The translations under genes were made by a program, and so were the position numbers. DNA of 64,000 nucleotides from Roseiarcus sp. (lineage in GTDB: Bacteria > Pseudomonadota > Alphaproteobacteria > Rhizobiales > Beijerinckiaceae), in NCBI GenBank assembly GCA_050012775.1, contig JBEKGN010000028.1, forward strand, positions 559-64,558, in the 5' to 3' direction. Position 1 is the stretch's first letter. Each line of letters opens with the position of its first letter. The notes under the pieces are model-generated. The model was not told the origin of the DNA and made no database searches. It saw only the letters and a program-made list of their open reading frames with translations. Positions 51,279-60,918 of this stretch are shown here, in pieces.

Positions 51279-52247
51279 CTATCGCGCCGCCGGCCTCGGC
51301 GACGGGCCGCGCTGGGCGATAGCGATCCCGCCGACGACGAGGGCCAACGCCACGACATGGTACGCGGCGAACGGTTCGCCGAGCAAGACGACCGCCATCA
51401 GCGCGCCGAACGCCGGCACCAGATTGACGAACACCCCGGCCCGGCCCGGCCCGATCAATTCAACGCCGCGCATGTAAAGAACCTGCGACAGAAAGGCCGG
51501 CCCGAGCGCGGTGAACAGCAACAGCAGCAGCCCCTCGCCCGTCGGCCAGAAGAAGTCGCCGGCGGCGATCTCCCACGCCAGCAGCGGGATCGAGGTGAGA
51601 AACGCGGCGAACGCCATTGCGGCGAGAAGGCCGAGGCCGGAGACATGGGGCCGATGGCGCAGTCCGATGGTGTAGCCGGCGTAGAGGACGCTGGCGATCA
51701 GCACCATCAGATCGCCGCTGTTGAAGGCGAGCCCGGCGAGCCTGGACCAGTCGCCCTGCGAGGCGATCGCCGCCACCCCGGCCATGGTGGCGAGCGCGCC
51801 GAGCGCCTGCAGCGCACGGACCTCGGCGCCGAGGACGAACCGCGCGCCGATCAGCACGAAGGCGGGAATCGAACCCTGGATGATCGACAGATTGAGCGCG
51901 CCGGTGCGATGCGCGGCGACATAGAACAGCGCGTTGAAGCCGGTATAGCCGAGCGCGCCCATCGCCGCGACGAACTTCCAGCGCCCGCGCATGATTTGGA
52001 GATCCCGCCGCAGCGTGCCGCGCGCGGCGAAGGCGATCGGACCGAGCGCCAGCGCCCAGCGCGCGCAGGTCAGCGTCATCGGCCCGATCTGGCCGACCGC
52101 CATCCGGCTGGCGACCGAATTGGCGGCCCAGATCAGCGTCGTCAGCGACAAAAGCACGATCGGACTGTCCCAGGCGGCCCTCCAGGGTCTGGCCCACCCG
52201 TGCGCGGAATTCTCGACCATCGCGACTTCGCCTCGAGCGCCCCTCAT
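51279..52247 (-). CDS. DMT-superfamily (EamA) transporter
   Basis: About 10 TM segments and two EamA-like halves. The start could be the second Met at 52220. Confidence 0.8.
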   Translation of the reverse strand: MRGARGEVAMVENSAHGWARPWRAAWDSPIVLLSLTTLIWAANSVASRMAVGQIGPMTLTCARWALALGPIAFAARGTLRRDLQIMRGRWKFVAAMGALGYTGFNALFYVAAHRTGALNLSIIQGSIPAFVLIGARFVLGAEVRALQALGALATMAGVAAIASQGDWSRLAGLAFNSGDLMVLIASVLYAGYTIGLRHRPHVSGLGLLAAMAFAAFLTSIPLLAWEIAAGDFFWPTGEGLLLLLFTALGPAFLSQVLYMRGVELIGPGRAGVFVNLVPAFGALMAVVLLGEPFAAYHVVALALVVGGIAIAQRGPSPRPAAR

Positions 52248-52453
52248 CGGACGCGCCGCGGCAGCGGCGCGTCGGCGCTTGAAGGTTTCCTCGCGGACTT
52301 ACGTCGGCAGGCGGGCGAAGGCAATGCGCGCCGCCTTCAATTGAGCGCGAGCGCCGTCGTCCGCGCCCCGCGCGCCGGCATCTGCGCCGCCGGCGACAGC
52401 GGCGGGCCGGCGCGGACCGCGAGGCCGACCGGGCGCGCCCTCGAGACTCGAAC

Positions 52454-52488
52454 AAAAAAGAGCGGCGCCGACACTGCCGACGCCGCCC
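52454..52488 (-). terminator. rho-independent terminator after the outer-membrane protein gene
   Basis: Minus-strand GGGCGGCGTCGG-CAGTG-TCGGCGCCGCTC followed by TTTTTTG. 28 nt after the stop. Confidence 0.7.
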
Positions 52489-52515
52489 GATCGTTTTCGT
52501 CCCGAGTGGGATCGA

Positions 52516-53439
52516 TCAATATTTGCGCACGAGCGGGGCTTCCGGCGGAGCATAGGTCGGCTCTTCGCCGATCATCCAGCGCAGGCCGATGCGGAAGTCG
52601 TTCGAGGCGAGATCGTTCTTCGAATAGACGGTGTAGCTGGTGCCGCAGCCGAAGCCCGGGGGTGGGCCGAGGGTCAGACAATGCGACGAGCCGGAGGTGA
52701 ACTTGCCGTAGTCGAGATAGCGGTAGCCGAGGTCGAGCTTGAGGTTCTGAGTCACGTTGAAGCTCAGGCCGGCCATCAGCCCCCAGGCGAAGTTCCACCT
52801 GCCGCCGTCGTTGGAATAGCCTCCGCTCGGAGACTGCACGCTGCCGCTAAAGGCGTAGCCGGTGTCGGTGAAGCCGAACAGCTTATTGTAGGCGAAGCCG
52901 GCGCCGGCGCCGACGTAGGGCGTGACGCCGTACCAGGTGCCCAGATCGGCATAGCCGTTGAGCATGGTGACGTAGGAGGAGAGGTTGGCGCGATAGAAAT
53001 CGGCGTATTGCTGGGTGCTGGTGTTGGTCCCGACGATGTTCGGCTCGTTGAGCACTTCGAGCGTCTGGAAGCCGGCGCCGCCGCGATATTCCTCGGTCAG
53101 GTCGACGCGGAACCAGTTGTTGAACTGGTAGCCGAAGCCGAGGTCGAAGATCCCCGAAGCGGAGACCGTCGGGTTATAGAAACCGTTGGTCGCCGCGGCG
53201 TCGAGGGTTCCGCCGGCGATGCCGGCCGCGATCGGATCGGGCGAGACCGCGAGGGTCGGTGTCGTCGCGTTGATCCCGAGGCCGACGTCGCCGCGCAAAT
53301 ACCAGCCGTTGAATTCGGCCATGGCGGGCGGCGGCGGCTCGAGCGCCGGCGCGGGCGGCAGGAGATCGGCGGCGACGGCCGCGCGGGCCAGGGCGAAGAG
53401 CGCGCCGCCGGCGAGAATGAGGGCCTTCAACTTGGCCAT
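52516..53439 (-). CDS. outer-membrane beta-barrel protein (Omp25/RopB-like porin family)
   Basis: Start MAKLKALILAGGALFALARAAVAAD (signal peptide). Alternating beta-strand pattern and a C-terminal aromatic residue (terminal Y). Followed by an intrinsic terminator. Confidence 0.8.
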   Translation of the reverse strand: MAKLKALILAGGALFALARAAVAADLLPPAPALEPPPPAMAEFNGWYLRGDVGLGINATTPTLAVSPDPIAAGIAGGTLDAAATNGFYNPTVSASGIFDLGFGYQFNNWFRVDLTEEYRGGAGFQTLEVLNEPNIVGTNTSTQQYADFYRANLSSYVTMLNGYADLGTWYGVTPYVGAGAGFAYNKLFGFTDTGYAFSGSVQSPSGGYSNDGGRWNFAWGLMAGLSFNVTQNLKLDLGYRYLDYGKFTSGSSHCLTLGPPPGFGCGTSYTVYSKNDLASNDFRIGLRWMIGEEPTYAPPEAPLVRKY

Positions 53440-53770
53440 GACGGAATCCCTTCGTTCGACGCGCGCCAACAGGGCCCGCGCACACTTGCTTCGAAGAGAA
53501 AAATGCCATGAACATCTTAATGCCGACTTAACCCTAAAAATTGACCTTAATGAACCGTGACCCGCGGATTTGCAGGGCGATCCCACGATCGGCGAAACGA
53601 ATCCGAGCGACCGTTCGGGCGCTTTCGCTCGATGGGCTCGCGCGCGGGGCCATGTCTTACGGAAACTCTTGCGAAGAGCGATTCGTCGCTCTTCGTGAGT
53701 TCGGCGCCTCGGCGCCGCCGCGCTTGCGCGCTTGTCAAACCTCAGAGATCGCAACCTCTGAGATTTGGAA

Positions 53771-54481
53771 TTACGCCGCGGGCTCCCGATTGAGGCTCGT
53801 CAACGCAATCTTCTGGCGTCCCGTGGCGTCGAAATTCTCCGGGGCGAGCCAACGCTCGAACGCCGCGCGCCGCGCCGGCCATTCCGAATCGAGCATCGAG
53901 AACCACGCGGTGTCGCGATTGCGGCCCTTGACGATCATATGCTGGCGGAACACGCCCTCGAAGGCGAAGCCGAGTCGCAGCGCCGCGCGCTTAGAGGGCG
54001 CGTTGAGGTCGTTGCATTTCCATTCGTAGCGGCGATAGCCGAGTTCGTCGAACACGTAAGCCGCGAAAAGATATTGCGCCTCGGTCGCGCCGATCGTGCG
54101 CTGGATCGCCGGCGTGAAGAGAATATTGCCGACCTCGATCACGCGATGCGTCGCGTCGACGCGCATCAAGGTCTGGTAGCCGACGGCCAGGCCCGAGGCA
54201 TTGTCGAGGATGGCGAAAAACAGCGGATCGGCCGATTGCGCCTTGGCGGCGATGCTGGCCTTGAAGACAGCCTCGTCGGTGTAAGGGCCATCGAACAGAT
54301 AGGTCCAAACACGATCCTTGTCGCCGCCGTTCGCGCCGTGGAAGAGCGCGTCGGCGTGACTGTCGGCGTCGAGCGGCGCCAGCGTGACCGCGCGCCCGCG
54401 CAGCGTGACGCGCTCGGGGCGCTTGGCAGCGTGGGCGTCGACGAGCGGGCCGATGGGCTGCCCGAGCCAGTTTGTCTCCAT
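53771..54481 (-). CDS. GNAT-family N-acetyltransferase (RimJ/RimL-like)
   Basis: 236 aa. IGATEAQYLFAAYVFDELGYRRYEWKCNDLNAPSKRAALRLGF acetyl-CoA-binding core. Confidence 0.85.
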   Translation of the reverse strand: METNWLGQPIGPLVDAHAAKRPERVTLRGRAVTLAPLDADSHADALFHGANGGDKDRVWTYLFDGPYTDEAVFKASIAAKAQSADPLFFAILDNASGLAVGYQTLMRVDATHRVIEVGNILFTPAIQRTIGATEAQYLFAAYVFDELGYRRYEWKCNDLNAPSKRAALRLGFAFEGVFRQHMIVKGRNRDTAWFSMLDSEWPARRAAFERWLAPENFDATGRQKIALTSLNREPAA

Positions 54482-54484
54482 TGG

Positions 54485-56314
54485 CTAATGATTGTCCCGC
54501 GGCACGCCCATCGTCTGCGCGAGGCGCTGGTACCTCACGGCCGGCTTCAGCACCATGCCCTCGTCGAACTGGGCCACCATTTCGCGTTGGATCTGTTGCC
54601 ACGGCGTCTGGCTCTTGGGATAGGCGTAGCCGTGCTTCTCCAGAGCGGCCCGGCGGGTGGCGAGCTCCTCGTCGGAAATGAGGATATTGGCGGCGCGCTT
54701 CTTGAGATCGATGCGGATGCGGTCGCCGGTGCGCACCAGCGCGAGCCCGCCGCCGGCCGCCGCTTCGGGCGAGGCGTTGAGGATCGAGGGCGAACCCGAC
54801 GTGCCGGACTGTCGGCCGTCGCCGATGCAGGGAAGCGCGTTGACGCCTTTCCTGAGCAGAGCGGCGGGCGGCTGCATGTTCACGACTTCCGCGCCGCCGG
54901 GATAGCCGATCGGCCCCGTGCCGCGGATGAACAAGATGCAATGCTCGTCGATCTTGAGCTTCGGGTCCTCGATGCGGTGGTGATAATCCTCCGGCCCGTC
55001 GAACACGATCGCGCGTCCCTCGAAGGCTTCCGGATCGCTCGCATTCGAGAGATAGCGCTGACGAAACTCCGCGTCGATCACGCTCGTCTTCATGATCGCA
55101 TCGTCGAAGAGGTTGCCGCGAAGCACGATGAAGCCGGCGTCCGGCTTCATCGGCGCGTCGATCGGGAAGATCACGTCCGCATCGTCCGAAGCTTTGCCCT
55201 TGCAATTCTCGCCGATCGTCTTGCCGTTGACGGTCAGAGCGTTCTTGTGGATGAGCTTGTGCTTCATCAGCTCGTTGACGACGGCGGGCACGCCGCCGGC
55301 GCGATGGAACTCCTCGCCGAGATACTTGCCGGCTGGCTGCATGTTGACGAGCAGCGGCACGTGATGGCCGACCTTCTCCCAGTCGTCGATGCTCAGCTTG
55401 ACGCCGATGTGGCGCGCGATCGCGTTGACGTGGATCGGCGCGTTGGTCGAGCCGCCGATCGCGCTGTTGACCACGATCGTGTTCTCGAAGGCTTCGCGGG
55501 TAAGGATGTCCGAGGGCTTCAAGTCCTCCCACACCATGTCGACGATGCGGCGGCCCGTCTCGTAGGCGATCTGCCCGCGCTCGCGATGCGGCGCCGGAAT
55601 GGCGGCGCAGCCGGGCAGGCTCATGCCGAGCGCCTCGGCGAGCGCGTTCATCGTCGAGGCGGTGCCCATGGTGTTGCAATGGCCGATCGACGGCGCCGAG
55701 GAGGTCACGATCTCCATGAATTGCTCGTAGTCGATCTTGCCTTCGGCGAGTTCGGCGCGCGCCTTCCAGACGATCGTGCCCGAGCCGGTGCGCTCGCCGT
55801 GATGCCAGCCGTTGTTCATCGGCCCGCCGGAAAGCACGATGGCGGGAATGTTGACCGTCGCCGCCGCCATGATGCAGGCCGGGGTCGTCTTGTCGCAACC
55901 GGTGGTGAGCACGACCCCGTCGATGAAATAGCCCATCAGGATTTCGACCAGGCCGAGATAGGCAAGATTGCGGTCGAGCGCCGCGGTCGGGCGTTTGCCC
56001 GTCTCCTGGAGCGGATGAACGGGGAATTCGAAGGGAACGCCGCCGGCCGCGATGATGCCGTCGCGCACGCGCTTGGCCAGATCGAGATGATGGCGGTTGC
56101 AGGGGACGAGGTCGGAGCCGGTCTGGGCGATGCCGATGATCGGCTTGCCCGAGCGCAACTCCGCCGGCGTGAGGCCGAAATTGAGATAGCGCTCGATATA
56201 GAGCGCGGTCATGCCGGGATTGTCGGGGTTGTCGAACCACTGCCTCGAGCGCAGGCGCCGCTTGCCGTCTTTGAGGTGCTTGTCCTGCCCCGCGGCTCCG
56301 CCCTTGACTTTCAT
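54485..56314 (-). CDS. IlvD/Edd-family dehydratase (sugar-acid dehydratase-like, e.g. arabinonate/xylonate type)
   Basis: 609 aa. [15 protein letters not shown]-terminus, the [12 protein letters not shown] Fe-S Cys block, and GPMNNGW. Confidence 0.88.
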   Translation of the reverse strand: MKVKGGAAGQDKHLKDGKRRLRSRQWFDNPDNPGMTALYIERYLNFGLTPAELRSGKPIIGIAQTGSDLVPCNRHHLDLAKRVRDGIIAAGGVPFEFPVHPLQETGKRPTAALDRNLAYLGLVEILMGYFIDGVVLTTGCDKTTPACIMAAATVNIPAIVLSGGPMNNGWHHGERTGSGTIVWKARAELAEGKIDYEQFMEIVTSSAPSIGHCNTMGTASTMNALAEALGMSLPGCAAIPAPHRERGQIAYETGRRIVDMVWEDLKPSDILTREAFENTIVVNSAIGGSTNAPIHVNAIARHIGVKLSIDDWEKVGHHVPLLVNMQPAGKYLGEEFHRAGGVPAVVNELMKHKLIHKNALTVNGKTIGENCKGKASDDADVIFPIDAPMKPDAGFIVLRGNLFDDAIMKTSVIDAEFRQRYLSNASDPEAFEGRAIVFDGPEDYHHRIEDPKLKIDEHCILFIRGTGPIGYPGGAEVVNMQPPAALLRKGVNALPCIGDGRQSGTSGSPSILNASPEAAAGGGLALVRTGDRIRIDLKKRAANILISDEELATRRAALEKHGYAYPKSQTPWQQIQREMVAQFDEGMVLKPAVRYQRLAQTMGVPRDNH

Positions 56315-56459
56315 TCTATTCGTCCTCGCGATACGACGCTTGATGGAAGCGATATGCGTCTTTTGCAGGCACTATGCGGCCAATCCAAGGGCAAATCAAC
56401 GAAAGCCTGGGCGAGGCTTCAAGCGGCGGCCGAGCCATGCTATGGCGGGTCTCGTCAGC

Positions 56460-56536
56460 GCGCCCGTAGCTCAACTGGATAGAGTATCGGTCTTCGAAAC
56501 CGAGGGTTGGGAGTTCAAGCCTCTCCGGGCGCGCCA
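56460..56536 (+). tRNA. tRNA-Arg (anticodon TCG)
   Basis: Manual cloverleaf. Acceptor GCGCCCG/CGGGCGC, D arm GCTC/GAGT, anticodon stem TCGGT/ACCGA with loop CTTCGAA, variable loop GGGTT, T arm GGGAG-TTCAAGC-CTCTC, discriminator G, encoded CCA. 77 nt. Confidence 0.93.
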
Positions 56537-57014
56537 ATTTCGAACGAGCTGTTTCCCAAATATATCAAAGCATGTGTTTAGGTAGATTTTTCTGCCGATC
56601 AAGGATCGCCAAAGCGGATATTGGTCCCGCCAAGCAGGCGGCAAGCGATCAGCCACTATCACATAAATTATCCGGTTTACAAGATTTTCCGGCGGTCTCA
56701 ACTCACTTGACGAATAAGTATAATTCGGCATATTGCTATCCCAGGGCGATCCATGCGATCGCCCGCGCCCTCCCCGCAACCCGCGGTTAATCCGCGCGGG
56801 ACTTTGACCCCTTCAATCTCTTCGTGATCAATAGTTTACGACGCCGATTGGCGTCAGGACCCCGCGCCCAACGACATCACGGGTCCTGATGGCGAACTGG
56901 GGGCCAAACCAATCGTGGACAAAAGGCATTTGGTTACATTAACGTTTGCCCTCAAACTAAACGGCTGGAATCTCGCTTGGCGGAACACTGCGGGCGGGCG
57001 ACTTTCCAGGCGAC

Positions 57015-57788
57015 GTGACGGAGGAAATGGCAATGGTCCTGCGCGACAAGATTAGCGTGATCACGGGCGGCGGGGGCAGCATCGGCTTGGCGACGGCGCA
57101 GCTATTTCTCAACGAGGGCGCCAGGGTGCTGCTCGTCGACCGCGACGAGGACAGGCTGGCGGCGGCCGTCGCCGAACTCGCGCATCCCGATGTCGTTTCC
57201 GTCGCGGCCGACGTGACGCGAACGGCGGATATCCAAAAGTTGGTTCAAAGCGCGGTCGAGCGTTGGGGCCGCATCGATGTTCTGTTCAGCAACGCCGGAA
57301 CATTCGGCGCCGTCGCCACGGTGGAGCAGTTTCCCGAAGACATGTTCGACGCCGTCTACGCCGTGCACGTCCGCGGCGCGTTTCTCCTGGCAAAATACGC
57401 CGTCCCGCATATGCCGAGGGGAGGGAGCATCGTCATCACGTCGAGCATCGTGGGGACGCGCGGCGATCCCGGCGCATACGCCTATGTCACGGCGAAGCAC
57501 GCCCAGGTCGGCCTGATGCGCTGCCTCGCCAAGGATCTCGCCCCACGGGGGATTCGCGTAAACACCATCCATCCCGGACCGATCGACAACGGCTTCCAGC
57601 GCGCCGTCGAGGCGGACCTGACGGCCGTCATGGGCCAGGACGCGACCGCGTTCTTCGACAAAGTCATTCCCTTGGGCCGCCACGGTCGGCCGGCGGAAAT
57701 CGCCGAAGCCGTGCTCTACCTCGCTTCGGATCGCAGCAGCTTCACCACCGGCAGCCTTCTGATGGCCGATGGAGGTTTGAGCGCGTGA
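57015..57788 (+). CDS. SDR-family oxidoreductase
   Basis: 257 aa. ITGGGGSIG, NAG, catalytic YVTAKHAQ. The start may be the Met at 57027. Confidence 0.88.
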   Translation: MTEEMAMVLRDKISVITGGGGSIGLATAQLFLNEGARVLLVDRDEDRLAAAVAELAHPDVVSVAADVTRTADIQKLVQSAVERWGRIDVLFSNAGTFGAVATVEQFPEDMFDAVYAVHVRGAFLLAKYAVPHMPRGGSIVITSSIVGTRGDPGAYAYVTAKHAQVGLMRCLAKDLAPRGIRVNTIHPGPIDNGFQRAVEADLTAVMGQDATAFFDKVIPLGRHGRPAEIAEAVLYLASDRSSFTTGSLLMADGGLSA

Positions 57789-57796
57789 GCAGGGCC

Positions 57797-58288
57797 ATGA
57801 CGGCGTCGAAACGAACAGGTCGGGCGCCGGCGAAGCCGGAGCCCGTGGCCGTTCCCTCGAAAGTCAAACTCGGCCCTCTCGAGAGGTACATCGGCTTCCA
57901 TCTGCGCATGGCGCAGGAAATCGCGCTGCGGGCGTTTATCGCCAGCTCCCGCCAGCCCGATTTCAAACCCGGCCACTTCGCGACTCTCATGCTCATAAGG
58001 CTCAACCCCGGCCTGTCGCAGATCGAGGTGTGCCGCGCCATCGGTCGGGACAAGTCCACCCTCAGCCCGCTCATTCGCGGGCTCGAGCGCGACGGGCTCA
58101 TCCTGCGCGAGAATTCCGCCTTGGACCGGCGCAGCGTCACCCTCCGGCTGAGCGGCAAAGGAGAAGAGGCGCTCGACAAGCTGCTCAAGCATGCCGAAGC
58201 CCACGACCGGCGGCTCGACGCCATCGTGGGCGAGGCCAAGCCCGAGCTCATCGCCTTGTTGAAGAAGATCGCCGCGGCTCTGAGCTGA
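57797..58288 (+). CDS. MarR-family transcriptional regulator
   Basis: Start MTASKRTG, 9 nt after the SDR stop. wHTH LSQIEVCRAIGRDKSTLSPLIRGLERDGLI and wing DRRSVTLRLS. Confidence 0.85.
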   Translation: MTASKRTGRAPAKPEPVAVPSKVKLGPLERYIGFHLRMAQEIALRAFIASSRQPDFKPGHFATLMLIRLNPGLSQIEVCRAIGRDKSTLSPLIRGLERDGLILRENSALDRRSVTLRLSGKGEEALDKLLKHAEAHDRRLDAIVGEAKPELIALLKKIAAALS

Positions 58289-58317
58289 CGGCCAAATCGT
58301 GTCATCGGAGAGCCATC

Positions 58318-60030
58318 ATGTACAGCGCCAGCACGGCCCTGCTCGACGCCTTGAGCGACGCGGGCGTGACGCACATCTTCGCGAACTTCGGCAGCGACCA
58401 CCCCGCGCTGGTCGAAGCGATCGCGGAGGCCCGCGCGCAAGGGCGCGCCATTCCAATGGTCGTGACCTCGCCGAACGAGATGGTGGCGCTTAGCTGCGCG
58501 CACGGCTCCGCGCAGCTCACCGGGCGCGCCCAGGCCGTCATCGTGCATGTGGAATGCGGGACCCAGGCGCTCGGCGGGGCGGTTCACAACGCGGCCAAGG
58601 CGCGCATTCCCGCCTTCATCTTCGCCGGGCTCTCCCCGTTCACTCAGGAGGGCGAGCTGCGCGGGAGCCGCAACGAATTCATCCAGTGGATCCAGGATGT
58701 CGCCGACCAACGCGGCATCGTCCGCGGCTATATGAAATACGACAATGAGTTCCGGACGGGCAAGAACGTCCCGCAGCTCGTGCACCGCGCCATGCAGCTG
58801 GCCCATAGCGATCCCAAGGGGCCGGTCTATCTCACCGGCGCCCGCGAGGTGATGGAGGAGGAAGTCGAGCCGATCGCCATCGATCTGGAGCGCTGGCGGC
58901 CGGTGCCGACCGCACCCCTGCCCGAGACCGGCGCAGCGGAGATCGCGTCGGCGCTGGCGACGGCGAAAAGGCCCTTGATCGTGACGACCTATCTCGGCCG
59001 CCGGGGCGAGGCCGTGACCGAACTCTTGCGGCTTTGCGAGAGACTCGGCGTCGGCGTGCTGGAATCGGTGCCGAGCGCGATGAACTATCCCCATGATGCG
59101 GCCATGTATCAGGGCAATCACTGGAACCACCCGCTCCAGAATCCTCGCCTGGCGGAGGCGGATGTCGTGCTCGTCATCGACAGCGACGTGCCTTGGATTC
59201 CGACGATCAACAAGCCGGCGCACGACGCCCGAATCTTTCACGTCGACATCGATCCGCTCAAGGGCTCGATCCCGCTCTGGTACATTGGCGCGCACCGCTC
59301 CTTCGGCGCCGATGCGGCGACCGCGCTGGCGCAGATCAACGCGCATCTCGACCGCGAGGGCTTCGACGAGGCGGTGGCCCGCGCCCGCATTCGCCATTAC
59401 TCGGGCCTCCACGCCGAACGCGCAAAGCAATTGGAGCAGCGCGAAAAGCCGAGCGGCGACACGATCACGCCGGAATTTCTTACCGCCTCGGTGCGCAAGG
59501 CGATCGACGCCGACACCGTCGTTCTCAATGAGGGCATCACCAACTATCCCGCCATCTGCGACCACATCGCCCGCACGAAGCCGGGCACCTTCTTCGCCAG
59601 CGGCGGCGGGTCGCTCGGCTGGAACGGCGGCGCGGCGGTCGGCATGAAGCTCGCGGCGCCCAAAAGGACCTTTGTCGCGCTGACCGGCGACGGCTCCTAC
59701 ATGTTCTCCGTGCCCTCCACGGTGCATTGGATGGCCCGACGCTATCAAGCGCCGTTCCTCCAGGTCGTGTACAACAATCGCGGCTGGAAGGCGCCGAAAT
59801 ATTCCGCCCTCGCGGTTCATCCCGACGGCTACGCGAGCCGCGCCGACGACATCGACGTCAGCTTCGACCCGCCGCCGGATTATGCTGGCATCGCGGCCGC
59901 GGCGGGCGGCGCCTTCGCGCGCACGGTGAAATCGGCGGGCGACCTCGACGAGGCGATCCAGGGCGCGCTGCGCGCCGTCCGCGAGGAGAAGCGATCGGCG
60001 GTGCTGGACGTCTGGCTGCCGCGATTGTAG
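58318..60030 (+). CDS. thiamine-diphosphate-requiring enzyme (acetolactate-synthase / benzoylformate-decarboxylase superfamily)
   Basis: Start MYSASTALLDAL. 570 aa with three ThDP-enzyme domains. ThDP-binding motif GDGSYMF...NN. Confidence 0.88.
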   Translation: MYSASTALLDALSDAGVTHIFANFGSDHPALVEAIAEARAQGRAIPMVVTSPNEMVALSCAHGSAQLTGRAQAVIVHVECGTQALGGAVHNAAKARIPAFIFAGLSPFTQEGELRGSRNEFIQWIQDVADQRGIVRGYMKYDNEFRTGKNVPQLVHRAMQLAHSDPKGPVYLTGAREVMEEEVEPIAIDLERWRPVPTAPLPETGAAEIASALATAKRPLIVTTYLGRRGEAVTELLRLCERLGVGVLESVPSAMNYPHDAAMYQGNHWNHPLQNPRLAEADVVLVIDSDVPWIPTINKPAHDARIFHVDIDPLKGSIPLWYIGAHRSFGADAATALAQINAHLDREGFDEAVARARIRHYSGLHAERAKQLEQREKPSGDTITPEFLTASVRKAIDADTVVLNEGITNYPAICDHIARTKPGTFFASGGGSLGWNGGAAVGMKLAAPKRTFVALTGDGSYMFSVPSTVHWMARRYQAPFLQVVYNNRGWKAPKYSALAVHPDGYASRADDIDVSFDPPPDYAGIAAAAGGAFARTVKSAGDLDEAIQGALRAVREEKRSAVLDVWLPRL

Positions 60031-60044
60031 CCGACCGCGATCAC

Positions 60045-60075
60045 GGAGACCTTCAGCACGACCGCGAAGGTCTCC
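60045..60075. terminator. hairpin between the convergent ThDP-enzyme and cupin genes (no U tract)
   Basis: GGAGACCTTC-(11 nt)-GAAGGTCTCC, a 10-bp perfect stem. Confidence 0.3.
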
Positions 60076-60123
60076 GATACGACCGCTGCGAGAGCGTTTT
60101 CCGAGCGATGTTCGAGGGACGCG

Positions 60124-60657
60124 TCACCTCATCAGCGCGTCGATCAGTCGCGCGCCAAGACCCACTTTTTCATAATGAGCCTTGCACATCGCAATGTACT
60201 TGTGGACGTCGAAATAATCCTGCGACTGTCCGTTTTCGTCGAGCCAGATCAACGGACCTTCGACGATGAAGATCGCGCGCATCGGCTCTTCGTGTTCATA
60301 GGCGATCAGCGTGTGGCCTTCGCCGGCCGTCTCGTAGACGAAATCGCCCGCCTTGGCGGTCCATTCATGTTCGAGATAGCCCCATTTGCCGGAGATCGTG
60401 TAGGCGAAGACCTGATGCGGGTGGTAGTGCCGGTTCACGAGGCCGGCGCGCTTGGCCATCAGGACATCGCACCATTTGTTCTGAGACGGCGAAATCCACA
60501 GGGGACGCGACGAGACGGTTTCCGTGAACGGCACGAAATAACGCTCGTCGGCGTTCGCGACGTCGGGCGTGTATATTTCCGGCAACGCGTTCGGCTGGAA
60601 CACCGTCGTGATCGGCTTCAGGTTCTTCCAAAATTCCGTCGTTGCGGCTTCCGGCAT
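60124..60657 (-). CDS. cupin, 2,4'-dihydroxyacetophenone dioxygenase-like
   Basis: 177 aa. Cupin His cluster NRHYHPHQVF ... GEGHTL. The overall pattern matches the DAD family as I recall it. Confidence 0.75.
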   Translation of the reverse strand: MPEAATTEFWKNLKPITTVFQPNALPEIYTPDVANADERYFVPFTETVSSRPLWISPSQNKWCDVLMAKRAGLVNRHYHPHQVFAYTISGKWGYLEHEWTAKAGDFVYETAGEGHTLIAYEHEEPMRAIFIVEGPLIWLDENGQSQDYFDVHKYIAMCKAHYEKVGLGARLIDALMR

Positions 60658-60689
60658 GAATTCCCTCCTCAGTCAGATTAGAACGCAGA

Positions 60690-60898
60690 TTAGAACGGAT
60701 AGCGCTGGCGGTGGGCTTCGATGGCGATCACCGGGTTTCGGCGAATGCGTCGAGGCCCCAGCGCCCTCCGAAACGGCCGTGGCCTGACGCTTTGACGCCG
60801 CCGAAAGGCATCTGCGCCTCGGCGAGGGTTGCGCCCTCGCTGGCCGCCGCTTCGGCGCCATTGATGAGTAGATTGATGTTCGGCGTTGTCTCTCCTGG
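60690..60898 (-). pseudogene. aldehyde dehydrogenase C-terminal remnant with frameshift
   Basis: My translation reads ...INLLINGAEAAASEGATLAEAQMPFGGVKASGHGRFGGRWGLDAFAETR, then a stop. After a 1-nt frame change near 60728-60731 it continues (W)IAIEAHRQRYPF-stop. This is the ALDH C-terminal signature PFGG.K.SG.GR. There is no N-terminal 400 aa. Confidence 0.6.
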
Positions 60899-60918
60899 GC
60901 TTGCTCGGCGCTATGAAA

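Noticed and set aside
53541-53554. An FNR/FixK-like sequence, TTGACCTTAATGAA, upstream of the outer-membrane protein gene.
   Set aside because: It has two half-site mismatches, including loss of the TCAA core (TGAA). There is no -10-like hexamer at the class-II spacing on the minus strand.
53765-56482. A 905-aa plus-strand ORF, and a 749-aa minus-strand ORF (53991-56240) in another frame.
   Set aside because: Both overlap the GNAT and IlvD/Edd genes, which have clear family motifs in their own frames. The 905-aa ORF would also run through the tRNA-Arg gene. They are shadow ORFs. The same applies to 57742-59820(-), opposite the ThDP enzyme.
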